From: an uncultured Actinomycetes bacterium
GTDB taxonomy: Bacteria; Actinomycetota; Thermoleophilia; Gaiellales; Gaiellaceae
Direction of reading: 5' to 3'
Length of the DNA stretch: 64,000 nt
Assembly: GCA_963746895.1 (NCBI GenBank)
Contig: CAVVDI010000012.1
Location: 28,600-92,599 of the forward strand
Part shown: one piece after another, positions 26,660 to 34,652 of the stretch
Numbering within the stretch: position 1 is the first letter of the stretch
Layout: the number at the start of each line of letters is the position of its first letter
Program-made: the position numbers and the translations under genes
The notes under the pieces: generated by a model
Told to the model about the DNA's origin: nothing
The model's database searches: none
Seen by the model: the letters and a program-made list of their open reading frames with translations, nothing else

Positions 26660-27280
26660 CTACGTCAGGTGGAAGTAGAGCGCGTAGAGCAGCTCGACCG
26701 CCGGGTTCGACGCGTGGACGGTCACGTCGGAGGGCGTCTCGAGCAGCGCCTCGGAGTAGTTGAAGATGATGCGCACACCGGCCGCGACGAGGTCGTCCGC
26801 GGCGCGCTGCGCTCCCTCGGCGGGCACGGCGAGGACGCCGACGACGACGTTCTTGTCGCGGACGAGGTCGCCCAGCTTCTCGTAGGGCGCCACCTCGACG
26901 TTGCCGATCGGCGCGCCCGCCTTCGCCGGATCGGTGTCGACGACCGCGGCGATGTTGATCCCGTGCTCGGCGAAGATCGGCGACGAGGCGATCGCCTGGC
27001 CGAGTCGCCCGGCCCCGACGAGGGCGATGTTGTGCTGTCCCTGGGTGCGGAGGATCTTGCGGATCTCCTCGAGCAGCGACTCGATGCTGTACCCGACCCC
27101 GCGCTTGCCGAACTTGCCGAAGGTGGACAGGTCGCGACGGATCTGCGTCGCGTTGATGTTCGTGTACTCGGCGATCTCCTGCGAGGAGATGCGCGTCTTA
27201 CCCATCTTCCGCGCCTGGGTCAGCACCTGCAGGTACCGGCTCAGGCGGGCAGCGACGCCGACGGTCAGGCGATCCGCCAC
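26660..27280 (-). CDS. rex: redox-sensing transcriptional repressor Rex
   Basis: Blocks RLSRYLQVL, ISSQEIAEYTNINATQIRRDLSTFGKFGKRGVGY and Rossmann VALVGAGRLGQA. GTG 27280 is preceded by ACGGAGG. Confidence 0.9.
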   Translation of the reverse strand: MADRLTVGVAARLSRYLQVLTQARKMGKTRISSQEIAEYTNINATQIRRDLSTFGKFGKRGVGYSIESLLEEIRKILRTQGQHNIALVGAGRLGQAIASSPIFAEHGINIAAVVDTDPAKAGAPIGNVEVAPYEKLGDLVRDKNVVVGVLAVPAEGAQRAADDLVAAGVRIIFNYSEALLETPSDVTVHASNPAVELLYALYFHLT

Positions 27281-27333
27281 ACGGCCTCCGTTCGTCGAGT
27301 TCGTAACAGCGCCGCCTGTTGTAGCACCGCGAC

Positions 27334-27579
27334 CTAGCGGCTCGCTTGTGCAACCGCGCGCCGGAAGGCGTCGGGCTGGACGTGGTACGTGAAGCGGCGG
27401 CGGCCGTCGATCTCGACCACGGGGATCCACGCGCGGTACTCGGCCTCGAGCGCCGGCTCGCCGTCGATCAGCACGTCGCGCAGCTCGAAGCCGAGCTCCG
27501 CCTGGAACGAGCGGAGCTGCTCGAGCGCGCGCTCGCAGAGATGGCAGCCGGCTGCGTGGTAGACGACGACCTCGGTCAC
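27334..27579 (-). CDS. glutaredoxin-like (DUF836/thioredoxin-fold) protein
   Basis: 81 aa with a CxxC motif (AAGCHLCERA) and a WIPVVEIDG motif. Confidence 0.75.
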   Translation of the reverse strand: MTEVVVYHAAGCHLCERALEQLRSFQAELGFELRDVLIDGEPALEAEYRAWIPVVEIDGRRRFTYHVQPDAFRRAVAQASR

Positions 27580-27708
27580 GCCGGCAGCCTACGCGGCATC
27601 GGAGCGCCACCCGGTGCCTGGGCGCGGCCGGGCACGGTCGCGGAGCTGCGGCCGAAGCCCGCTGCTGCGGAGGGCGCGGCGCCCTCCGCAGCAGCGGACG
27701 GTCGGTCG

Positions 27709-28983
27709 CTACGGATAGATGCCCCGGGTCACGGTCGCCTCGGCGACCCGCTCGACGGCGAGGCCGTAGGCGGCCACCCGCATCGGGAGGCGCCGGCTCT
27801 CGGCGGTCTCCCAGGTCTCGTCGAACGCGCGGCTGATGATGTCGTTCAGCTTCGCGTTCACCTCGACCTCCTTCCAGAAGTACTCCTGGAGCCCCTGCAC
27901 CCACTCGAAGTAGGAGACGACGACGCCGCCCGCGTTCGCGAGCACGTCGGGGAGGATCAGGACGCCCTTGTCCTCGAGGATCGCGTCCGCGGCCGGGGTG
28001 ACCGGCCCGTTGGCGCCCTCGCAGAGGATCGCGGCCTTCACCTTGTCCGCGTTCTCCTCGGTGATCACCTGCTCCAGCGCGCACGGCGCGAGGATGTCGC
28101 AGTCGAGGAGCAGCAGCTCCTCGTTGGTGATCGTCTCGGCGTCGCGCAGCCCGGCGAGCGTGCGGGTCTCGCGCTTGTGCGCGAACGCGGCCGGAACGTC
28201 GATGCCCTTCGGGTTGTGGAGCGCCGTCGTCGAGTCGGAGATGCCGACCACGATCGCCCCCTCCTGGTGGAGGAACTGCGCCAGGAAGCTGCCGACGTTT
28301 CCGAAGCCCTGCACGACGACCTTCTTGCCGGCGATCGACGAGTCCTGCTTCGCCACAGCGTCGCGGATGCAGAAGAGCGCGCCGCGGGCGGTCGCCTCCT
28401 CGCGACCGAGCGAGCCGCCGATCGTCAGCGGCTTGCCGGTCACGACGCCGAGAACCGAGTGGCCCTTGTTCATCGAGTAGGTGTCGAAGATCCAGGCCAT
28501 CACCGAGCCGTCCGTGCCGACGTCGGGGGCCGGGATGTCCTTCTCGGGGCCGATCTCGTTGATGATCTCGCTCGTGTAGCGGCGCGTCATCCGCTCCAGC
28601 TCGCTGCGGGACATCTTCTTCGGGTCGCACACGATCCCGCCCTTGGCGCCGCCGAACGGGATCCCCATCAGGGCGCACTTCCACGTCATCCACATCGCGA
28701 GGGCCCGCACCTCGTCGACCGTGACGTCCGGGTGGTAGCGGATGCCGCCCTTGGAGGGCCCGCGCGCGACGTTGTGGGTGACGCGGTAGCCCTTGAACAC
28801 CTGCGTCGTCCCGCTGTCCATGCTGACCGGGACGGAGACCTCCACCGTCTTCTTACACTGGCCCAGAACCTCGACGAGGTTCGAGTCGATGTCGAAGACG
28901 GCTGCCACGCGGCTCAGCTGCTGCCGCGCGAGCTCGAACGGGTTCTCGCGGAGATGCGAGACCGATGCGTCGACTGTGCTCAC
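27709..28983 (-). CDS. gdh: Glu/Leu/Phe/Val dehydrogenase family, glutamate dehydrogenase
   Basis: Catalytic block KGGIRYHP...MTWKCALMGIPFGGAKGGI and Rossmann VVVQGFGNVGS. The preferred start is GTG 28983 with AAAGGAG 6 nt upstream. The tracked start is 9 codons earlier. Confidence 0.95.
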   Translation of the reverse strand: MSTVDASVSHLRENPFELARQQLSRVAAVFDIDSNLVEVLGQCKKTVEVSVPVSMDSGTTQVFKGYRVTHNVARGPSKGGIRYHPDVTVDEVRALAMWMTWKCALMGIPFGGAKGGIVCDPKKMSRSELERMTRRYTSEIINEIGPEKDIPAPDVGTDGSVMAWIFDTYSMNKGHSVLGVVTGKPLTIGGSLGREEATARGALFCIRDAVAKQDSSIAGKKVVVQGFGNVGSFLAQFLHQEGAIVVGISDSTTALHNPKGIDVPAAFAHKRETRTLAGLRDAETITNEELLLLDCDILAPCALEQVITEENADKVKAAILCEGANGPVTPAADAILEDKGVLILPDVLANAGGVVVSYFEWVQGLQEYFWKEVEVNAKLNDIISRAFDETWETAESRRLPMRVAAYGLAVERVAEATVTRGIYP

Positions 28984-29011
28984 AGTCTGCTCCTTTTTCC
29001 GAGCAAACACT

Positions 29012-29060
29012 GGGGAAAACCCCGAGTGCGGGGCGAGTATACGTCTGCCTGTCGGCAGAC
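29012..29060 (-). promoter_or_regulatory. gdh leader/promoter region with competing hairpins and a 7-4-7 palindrome
   Basis: Minus-strand read: TTTGTCTGCCGACAGGCAGACGTATACTCGCCCCGCACTCGGGGTTTTCCCC. It contains the palindrome GTCTGCC-n4-GGCAGAC, a TATACT -10-like hexamer, and then CCCCG-CACT-CGGGG overlapping GGGG-TTTT-CCCC. It could equally be the terminator of the tsaD operon. Confidence 0.35.
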
Positions 29061-29103
29061 AAACCGTAGTTTTCGCCGAGCCGCGCTGCCTCCCTCTACC
29101 GGT

Positions 29104-30066
29104 CTATCTCGACGCGTACGCGTCGAGGCCGAGGTAGCCCGGATACCGAATCGGCTCCAGGAAACGGGCCGCCGAGGCGATCATCGCCGCGTTGTCGGTG
29201 CAGAGCGCGAGCGGTGCGAGCGCGGCCCCCGGCAGCGACGCGCGGAGCTCCGAGTTCGCCGCGACGCCGCCGACGACGGCGACCCGGGCGAGGCCCGTCT
29301 CCTCCGCCGCCTCGCGGACGCGGCCGACGAGAGCGCGCACGATCGCCCGCTGGTACGAGGCCGCGAGGTCGGCGCGGCGCCGCTCCAGCTCGGCGGGCTC
29401 GAGGTCGCGCACCGCGTAGAGGAGCGACGTCTTCAGCCCGGAGAACGAGAAGTCGAGGCCGGGGACGCGCGCGACCGGGAAGTCGTGCGCCGCCGGGTCG
29501 CCCCTCTGCGCGAGCCGATCGAGCTCGCGTCCGCCCGGATAGCCGAGCCCGAGCAGCCGCGCGCCCTTGTCGAAGGCCTCGCCGGCGGCGTCGTCGAGGG
29601 TCGAGCCGAGCAGCTCGTGCTCGCCGTGGCCGCGCACGGCGAGGAGCATCGTGTGGCCGCCGCTCGCGAGCAGGCAGACGAACGGCGGCTCGACGGGGTC
29701 GGGCTGCAGGTAGAGCGAGGCCACGTGGCCGTCGAGATGGTCGACGGGGACGAGCGGCAGCCGGCGCGACCAGGCGATCGCCTTCGCAGCGGCGACGCCG
29801 ACGAGCAGGGCGCCGATCAGCCCGGGCCCCCTCGTGACCGCGATCCGGTCGACGTCGTCGAGAGTCGCTCCCGCCTCTTCGAGCGCCTCCCGGATCACGG
29901 GCGTGACGAGCTCGAGGTGCCGGCGGGAGGCCACCTCGGGGACGACGCCGCCGTAGCGCGCGTGCAGGTCGGCCTGCGAGGAGACGACACTGGCGCGGAT
30001 CTGCCCGTCGGCCGTGACCAGTGCGGCCGCGGTCTCGTCGCAGGACGTCTCGATGCCGAGGATCAC
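29104..30066 (-). CDS. tsaD: tRNA N6-adenosine threonylcarbamoyltransferase TsaD
   Basis: ILGIETSCDETAAAL...GGVVPEVASRRH...GPGLIGALLVG...HLDGH...SGGHT...FSFSGLKT. GTG 30066 overlaps the rimI stop (GTGA). Confidence 0.95.
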   Translation of the reverse strand: MILGIETSCDETAAALVTADGQIRASVVSSQADLHARYGGVVPEVASRRHLELVTPVIREALEEAGATLDDVDRIAVTRGPGLIGALLVGVAAAKAIAWSRRLPLVPVDHLDGHVASLYLQPDPVEPPFVCLLASGGHTMLLAVRGHGEHELLGSTLDDAAGEAFDKGARLLGLGYPGGRELDRLAQRGDPAAHDFPVARVPGLDFSFSGLKTSLLYAVRDLEPAELERRRADLAASYQRAIVRALVGRVREAAEETGLARVAVVGGVAANSELRASLPGAALAPLALCTDNAAMIASAARFLEPIRYPGYLGLDAYASR

Positions 30067-30542
30067 GCGCCGCGGCCGGAGTTCGCGGCCGCGTCCCTCC
30101 ACATGATCAGCGCGTCCTCGCGGTTGTCGGTGTAGTAGCCGCGCCGGACGCCGCGCGCCCGGAAGCCGAGGCGCTCGTAGAGGCCGATCGCGACGGCGTT
30201 CGAGACCCGCACCTCGAGCGTGTAGCCGCGGCGCGCGTCGCCCTCGGCCAGCTCGAACAGCCGCTCGAGCAGCATCGAGGCGATCCCACGGCCGCGCTGC
30301 TCGGGGGAGACGGCCAGGTTCATCACGTGCCACGCGTCGACGTAGCGCGACACGATCAGGTAGCCGCAGAGCCGCCCCTCCTCCTCGTCGGCGGCGAACG
30401 CGCCGAGACAGATCGAGCTCGGCTTCGCCAGCTCGCCCGCGAACATCGAGCGCGACCACGGCGTCGGGTAGCAGCGGCGCTCGATCTCCTCGATCTCGTG
30501 CAGGTCGGAGAGCCCGAGCCGGCGCAGCTCGATCGTCGTCAC
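30063..30542 (-). CDS. rimI: ribosomal-protein-alanine N-acetyltransferase RimI (GNAT)
   Basis: 159 aa. GNAT motif A (LAVSPEQRGRGIASMLL). Its position between tsaB and tsaD is conserved. 4-nt overlaps at both ends. Confidence 0.85.
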   Translation of the reverse strand: MTTIELRRLGLSDLHEIEEIERRCYPTPWSRSMFAGELAKPSSICLGAFAADEEEGRLCGYLIVSRYVDAWHVMNLAVSPEQRGRGIASMLLERLFELAEGDARRGYTLEVRVSNAVAIGLYERLGFRARGVRRGYYTDNREDALIMWRDAAANSGRGA

Positions 30543-31138
30543 GAGGCGAGGCTCCGGTCGGCGTCCGGGACGCGAAGGTAGAGCGGCTCGAGCGCCTCCA
30601 CCGGGCCCGGCTCCCCGGCGAGCAGCGCGTGGAAGCGCGCCCGCGGCAGGTGCCGCTCGTCCCCGTCGGGCGGGACGACGGCGCCTCTCTCCGCCAGCAG
30701 CTCGCGATAGCGAACGGCGCCGTCGCCGACGCAGACCGTTCCGGGCTCGAGTGCGAGCGCATCCGGGCCGAGCACGCGAGGCTCGCCGTCGACGAGCGCG
30801 AAGACCTCGCGGCGGCGCGCGTCGACGACCGGCAGGGCGCCCGGCGCTCCCGCCGCGAGCGCGGCGAGCGTCGAGACGCCCGCGCCGGGGAGCCCGAGCG
30901 AGAGCGCGAGCCCGCGCGCGACCGCAAGCCCGATGCGCACGCCGGTGAAGCTGCCGGGGCCGAGGCCGACCGCGAGCACGTCGAGGTCGCCGGGATGCGC
31001 GCCGCCCTGGCGGAGCAGGGCGTCGACGTCCTCGAGCAGCGTCTGGGCGCGCGACATTCGCTCCGCCAGCACCTCGCCGTCGTCGACGAGCGCGCTCGTC
31101 GCAACGCTCGTGGCCGTGTCGAAGGCCAGGGTCAGCAC
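30539..31138 (-). CDS. tsaB: tRNA threonylcarbamoyladenosine biosynthesis protein TsaB
   Basis: 199 aa, MLTLAFDTATS...GPGSFTGVRIGLAVARGLALSLG. Confidence 0.85.
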   Translation of the reverse strand: MLTLAFDTATSVATSALVDDGEVLAERMSRAQTLLEDVDALLRQGGAHPGDLDVLAVGLGPGSFTGVRIGLAVARGLALSLGLPGAGVSTLAALAAGAPGALPVVDARRREVFALVDGEPRVLGPDALALEPGTVCVGDGAVRYRELLAERGAVVPPDGDERHLPRARFHALLAGEPGPVEALEPLYLRVPDADRSLAS

Positions 31139-31145
31139 GCTCTGC

Positions 31146-31559
31146 TCAGCACTCGTCGATCGTCACGGATCTGCCTGCGCCAGCATGCCGCAAACGAACG
31201 GCGAAGCGGGCGCCGGGCAGCACGCCCTCGCCCGCCTCCGGCCACTCGACGAACGCGATCGTCCCCTCGAAGTACGGCTCGAGGTCTCCCCACTCGGCCG
31301 GCGAGACGCGCTCGAAGCGGTAGAGGTCGAGGTGCGCGACCTCGACGCCGTCGCCGTGGTAGCGATGACCGATCGTGTAGGTCGGGCTCGTCACCCGCTC
31401 CCGGACGCCGAGCGCCGCGCAGGCGCCGCGGACGAAGGTCGTCTTGCCGGATCCCAGCTCGCCCGCGACCGTCACCACGTCGCCGGGCGCGAGCCTGCGC
31501 GCGAGCCCGGCGGCGAGCGCCTCCGTCTCCTGCGGCGAGTCCGTGCGCGTCTCGGGCAC
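31146..31559 (-). CDS. tsaE: tRNA threonylcarbamoyladenosine biosynthesis ATPase TsaE
   Basis: Walker A GELGSGKTTFVRG, SPTYTI and HLDLYR motifs. The start is taken as in-frame GTG 31559. The rest of the tracked 434-aa ORF is artefact. Confidence 0.85.
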   Translation of the reverse strand: MPETRTDSPQETEALAAGLARRLAPGDVVTVAGELGSGKTTFVRGACAALGVRERVTSPTYTIGHRYHGDGVEVAHLDLYRFERVSPAEWGDLEPYFEGTIAFVEWPEAGEGVLPGARFAVRLRHAGAGRSVTIDEC

Positions 31560-31756
31560 CGGAACAGGGTAGAGAGACGCGGGCTCAGGCAGGCCCGTCC
31601 GGCCTCCGCGAGCAGCGCGTCGAGCTCGGCGAACGCCCGGTCGTCGTCGCGCACGATCTCGACCCGGCCGTCGACGATCACCGCGACGTCGATCCCCTCG
31701 CGGCGCTCGGGATCGGCGTCGCTCTCGCGCATTGCGCAAGCATCTACGATCCGGCC

Positions 31757-32057
31757 GTGCCCGCGTACGTGATCGTCGAGACGGACGTCCACGACCCCGA
31801 GCAGTACGAGCGCTACAAGGCCGCCTCGCCGGGGGCCGTCCACGCCGGCGGCGGACGCTTCGTCGTCCGCGGCGGCGAGCTCGCCGTGCTCGAGGGCGAC
31901 TGGGAGCCGACCCGGCTCGTGATCCTCGAGTTCGACGACCTCGAGGCCGCGCAGGCGCTGGTACGCGTCGACCGGCTACCAGGAGGCCAAGCGCCTGCGC
32001 GAGGGCGCGGCCGACCTGCGCATGGTCGCCGTCCAGGGCCTGGACGAGCCGCTCTAG
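31757..32057 (+). pseudogene. DUF1330-domain protein, interrupted by a 1-nt insertion
   Basis: GTG 31757: PAYVIVETDVHDPEQYERYKAASPGAVHAGGGRFVVRGGELAVLEGDWEPTRLVILEFDDLEAAQ. The expected continuation [32 protein letters not shown] lies in the +1 frame. Total length is 301 nt. The junction is at about 31955-31958. Confidence 0.7.
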
Positions 32058-32725
32058 AAGAGGCCCAGCTGCTCGGCCGGCGGCCGCTCGGCGGGCGCCG
32101 CGGCTTCGGGCTCGGGCGCCGCCACGGCGCTCGGCTGCGCCCCCTGGCCCAGCAGGCCCGGCAGGCGAGCGAAGTCGGACTCGAGCACCTTCAGCATCGC
32201 CGGCGTATACAGCGCCGCGGCCGGGTGGTAGAGCGGATAGAGGAGCACGTCGCGGCCCGCGATCGTCAATCGCTGCTCGCGCCCGTGGACGCGTGTGATG
32301 CCGTCGGGGCGGCCGGAGAGGAGCTTCGTCGCGAAGTTGCCGAGCGTCGCGATCACGAGCGGCTCGATCAGCTCGATCTGGCGGAAGAGGTGCGGCTCGC
32401 ACGCCTCGATCTCGTCGGCCTGGGGGTCGCGGTTCCCGGGCGGGCGGCACTTGAGGACGTTCGCGATGTAGACGTCCTCGCGGCGCAGCCCGACGCCGTT
32501 CAGCAGGCCCTCGAGGAGCTTGCCGGCCTGGCCGACGAAGGGCACGCCCTGCTTGTCCTCGTGGAAGCCGGGCGCCTCGCCGACGAAGAGCAGGTCGGCC
32601 CGCGGGTTACCGGCGCCGAAGACGACCTGCGTCCGCCCCTGGGCCAGCCGGCAGCGTGTGCAGCCGGCGATCGACTCGGCGTAGGCGTGGAGCGGATCGA
32701 GGTGTTCGGCCGGGACTGCGCTCAT
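32054..32725 (-). CDS. udg: uracil-DNA glycosylase, family 4
   Basis: Fe-S/UDG4 motifs are present: [43 protein letters not shown] and HPAAAL. The likely start is ATG 32725 (MSAVPAEHL). Confidence 0.9.
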   Translation of the reverse strand: MSAVPAEHLDPLHAYAESIAGCTRCRLAQGRTQVVFGAGNPRADLLFVGEAPGFHEDKQGVPFVGQAGKLLEGLLNGVGLRREDVYIANVLKCRPPGNRDPQADEIEACEPHLFRQIELIEPLVIATLGNFATKLLSGRPDGITRVHGREQRLTIAGRDVLLYPLYHPAAALYTPAMLKVLESDFARLPGLLGQGAQPSAVAAPEPEAAAPAERPPAEQLGLF

Positions 32726-32928
32726 TCCCGCTCCCGGCACCGGGCGACCCGGCGCCTCCGCTCCCTGTTGAGCTCCGTCGAGCCTACGCTCATTCCCGCT
32801 CCCGGCACCGGCTGGGCCGGCGCCTCCGCTCCCTGTTGAGCTCCGTCGAGCCTACGCTCATTCCCGCTCCCGGCACCGGCTGGGCCGGCGCCTCCGCTCC
32901 CTGTTGAGCTCCGTCGAGCCTACGCTCA
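32720..32928. repeat. 68-bp direct tandem repeat, 3.07 copies
   Basis: Unit GCTCATTCCCGCTCCCGGCACCGGCTGGGCCGGCGCCTCCGCTCCCTGTTGAGCTCCGTCGAGCCTAC begins at 32720, 32788 and 32856, with a partial copy at 32924. Copies 2 and 3 look identical. Copy 1 differs in a 5-nt block (GCGAC versus CTGGG) inside a small hairpin. Confidence 0.95.
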
Positions 32929-32940
32929 CGGGATGCGAGT

Positions 32941-33408
32941 CTACGACGCGCGTCCGACGGACACGACGCGCGCCCGCCAGGTACCGCGCGGCGCCTCGAC
33001 CTGGATCTCGTCGCCCTCGGCGCGACCGAGCAGCGCCTGGCCGACCGGCGACTCGGGCGAGACGCCGCCGACGCTCGAGATCTCGACCTGCATCCGCTCG
33101 CCGTCCTCGCGCTCCAGCTCGACAGACGAGCCGACGGTGACGACGCCGCTCGCCGCCGCCGCCTCCTCGTCGATCACGGTCGCGTGCTGAAGGCGGTTGC
33201 GGAGGATCGTGATCCGCCGCTCGAGCAGCCCCTGCTCGTTCTTCGCCGCGTGGTACTCGAAGTTCTCGGACAGATCGCCATGGCCGCGCGCAACGGCGAT
33301 CGCCTCGACGATCGCGTGCCGCTTCGGCCCCTCGAGCTCGGCCAGCTCCGCCTGCAAATAGTCGTGCTCGGCGCGCGTCAGCTGCTCGCCGCTCTCCCCC
33401 CCGCTCAC
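32941..33408 (-). CDS. greA: transcription elongation factor GreA
   Basis: LTRAEHDYLQAELAELEG...ARGHGDLSENFEYHAAKNEQGLLERRI..L...ESPVGQALLG. The start is taken as in-frame GTG 33408. The tracked ORF extends artefactually upstream. Confidence 0.95.
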   Translation of the reverse strand: MSGGESGEQLTRAEHDYLQAELAELEGPKRHAIVEAIAVARGHGDLSENFEYHAAKNEQGLLERRITILRNRLQHATVIDEEAAAASGVVTVGSSVELEREDGERMQVEISSVGGVSPESPVGQALLGRAEGDEIQVEAPRGTWRARVVSVGRAS

Positions 33409-33415
33409 GGCGGCC

Positions 33416-33628
33416 CTAGTGGCCGCAGCCGCAGCTGCCGCCGCAGCAGCCGCCACCGCCGCCACCGCCGACGCTCGCCGGCCTGGTGACGCCGTGGACG
33501 GCGAAGGACGAGAACTGGCGCACGACCTTCGTCGCCGCACAGTCCGGGCAGGCCACCTGCTGGTCGCCGCGGACGAGCTCCTCGAAGTGCGACTCGCACT
33601 CCATGCAGACGTACTCGTAGATCGGCAT
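33416..33628 (-). CDS. FmdB-family zinc-ribbon putative regulatory protein
   Basis: MPIYEYVCMECESHFEEL...CPDCAATKVVRQFS (CxxC...CxxC), with a Gly/Cys-rich tail GGGGGGGCCGGSCGCGH. Confidence 0.8.
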   Translation of the reverse strand: MPIYEYVCMECESHFEELVRGDQQVACPDCAATKVVRQFSSFAVHGVTRPASVGGGGGGGCCGGSCGCGH

Positions 33629-33637
33629 GCCGAGACG

Positions 33638-34609
33638 CTAGCAGGCGCGGTCCCCGTCGGCGGATCCCGCCCGCGTGCCGATCTCGCGCAGGCTCCCGAG
33701 CGAGAGCCCCTCGCGCAGGAGGAAGACCACGCCGCCGACGTAGCCGACCGAGGACTCGATCGCCTGGAGCCCGATCCCGTACGCGAACCCGTGCGCATAC
33801 GGGACGCCGTAGGGGACGAGCGGCAGCGCGATCGCGGCCTGCTGCAGGCCGACGTTCCCCGGCCAGAGCGGCAGGATCAGGGCGACGTTCATCAGCGCGA
33901 GCACCGCGGCGGCCGCCGTGATCGGCAGCGAGAGGTTGAACGCGCGCATCGCAGTCCAGACGGCGCCGAGCTGCAGCGTCCAGGCCGCCGTCTGCAGCGC
34001 GATCGCCTGGAACGCGGGACCCGGCCGGCGGAGGACGCCGAGGCCCTCGCGGACCTGCGAGACGACGGCGCGGAGCCTGCCCGTGCCCGAGACGTCGCCG
34101 CGCTCGTGGCGGCGCGCGAACAGCAGCCCCGCGAGGAACAGCGCGATCCCGAGGCCGAGCACCGCGAGCAGCGACGTGCGCCCCCAGCCCGGGATCCTCG
34201 CCGCGGCGAGCACCCAGACGATCAGCCCGATCGAGGGGAAGATCTCCAGCAGCCGGTGCGCGACGACGCTGCCGATCAGTGGCGGCCACAGCCCGCGCCG
34301 GCCCGGTAGGTGGCGCCGGAGCACGCCGACGCGGGCGACCTCGCCGACGCGGCCGGGCAGGACGCCGTTGGCGAAGATGCCGACGAAGACGGCGGAGAAG
34401 ACGTCGAGCAGGCGCGGGTGCGGCGGCGGGATGGCCTGCACCACCACCGTCCGCCAGGCAAGGCCGCGCACGAGCGCCGAGACGAGGTTGATGGCGACCG
34501 CGGCGAGCGCCCACGACCAGCGCATCTGCGTCAGCGCGTGACCGACCGCTCCCCAGTGGGGCCCGCGGAAGACGAGCAGCGCGACGACCGCGGCGCCGGC
34601 GGCCGCCAC
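33638..34609 (-). CDS. flippase-like / lysylphosphatidylglycerol-synthase TM-region family membrane protein (UPF0104)
   Basis: 323 aa with about 8 TM segments. The pattern FVGIFANGVLPGRVGEVARVGVL is typical of this family. Confidence 0.65.
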   Translation of the reverse strand: MAAAGAAVVALLVFRGPHWGAVGHALTQMRWSWALAAVAINLVSALVRGLAWRTVVVQAIPPPHPRLLDVFSAVFVGIFANGVLPGRVGEVARVGVLRRHLPGRRGLWPPLIGSVVAHRLLEIFPSIGLIVWVLAAARIPGWGRTSLLAVLGLGIALFLAGLLFARRHERGDVSGTGRLRAVVSQVREGLGVLRRPGPAFQAIALQTAAWTLQLGAVWTAMRAFNLSLPITAAAAVLALMNVALILPLWPGNVGLQQAAIALPLVPYGVPYAHGFAYGIGLQAIESSVGYVGGVVFLLREGLSLGSLREIGTRAGSADGDRAC

Positions 34610-34652
34610 CAGCAGCGCGTGCAGCAGTCTGGCGCGGGGCAGCGAGCCCGCC

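Noticed and set aside
27281-27360. A Rex operator (TTGTGAA-n4-TTCACAA type) near rex, grx or gdh.
   Set aside because: Only weak half-site-like strings are present (AACAG-n6-CTGTT upstream of rex, and TTGTGCAA inside the grx 3' end). Nothing matches the known operator pattern.
31585-31732. A small ORF (MRESDADPERREGIDVAVIVDGRVEIVRDDDRAFAELDALLAEAG...) divergent from the DUF1330 gene.
   Set aside because: The codon bias looks coding. But the tracked frame runs 88 nt into tsaE out of frame, and a sensible stop (TGA 31585-31587) needs yet another 1-nt correction. This is too speculative to call.
32720-32928. The 68-bp repeats considered as a CRISPR array.
   Set aside because: The units are directly abutting with no spacers. 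The unit length is atypical, and no cas genes are nearby. It is a plain tandem duplication.
33416-33628. The Gly/Cys-rich tail (GGGGGGGCCGGSCGCGH) considered as a RiPP precursor or metallothionein-like peptide.
   Set aside because: The N-terminal CxxC...CxxC zinc ribbon and this kind of tail are characteristic of the common FmdB-family proteins. No modification enzymes are adjacent.
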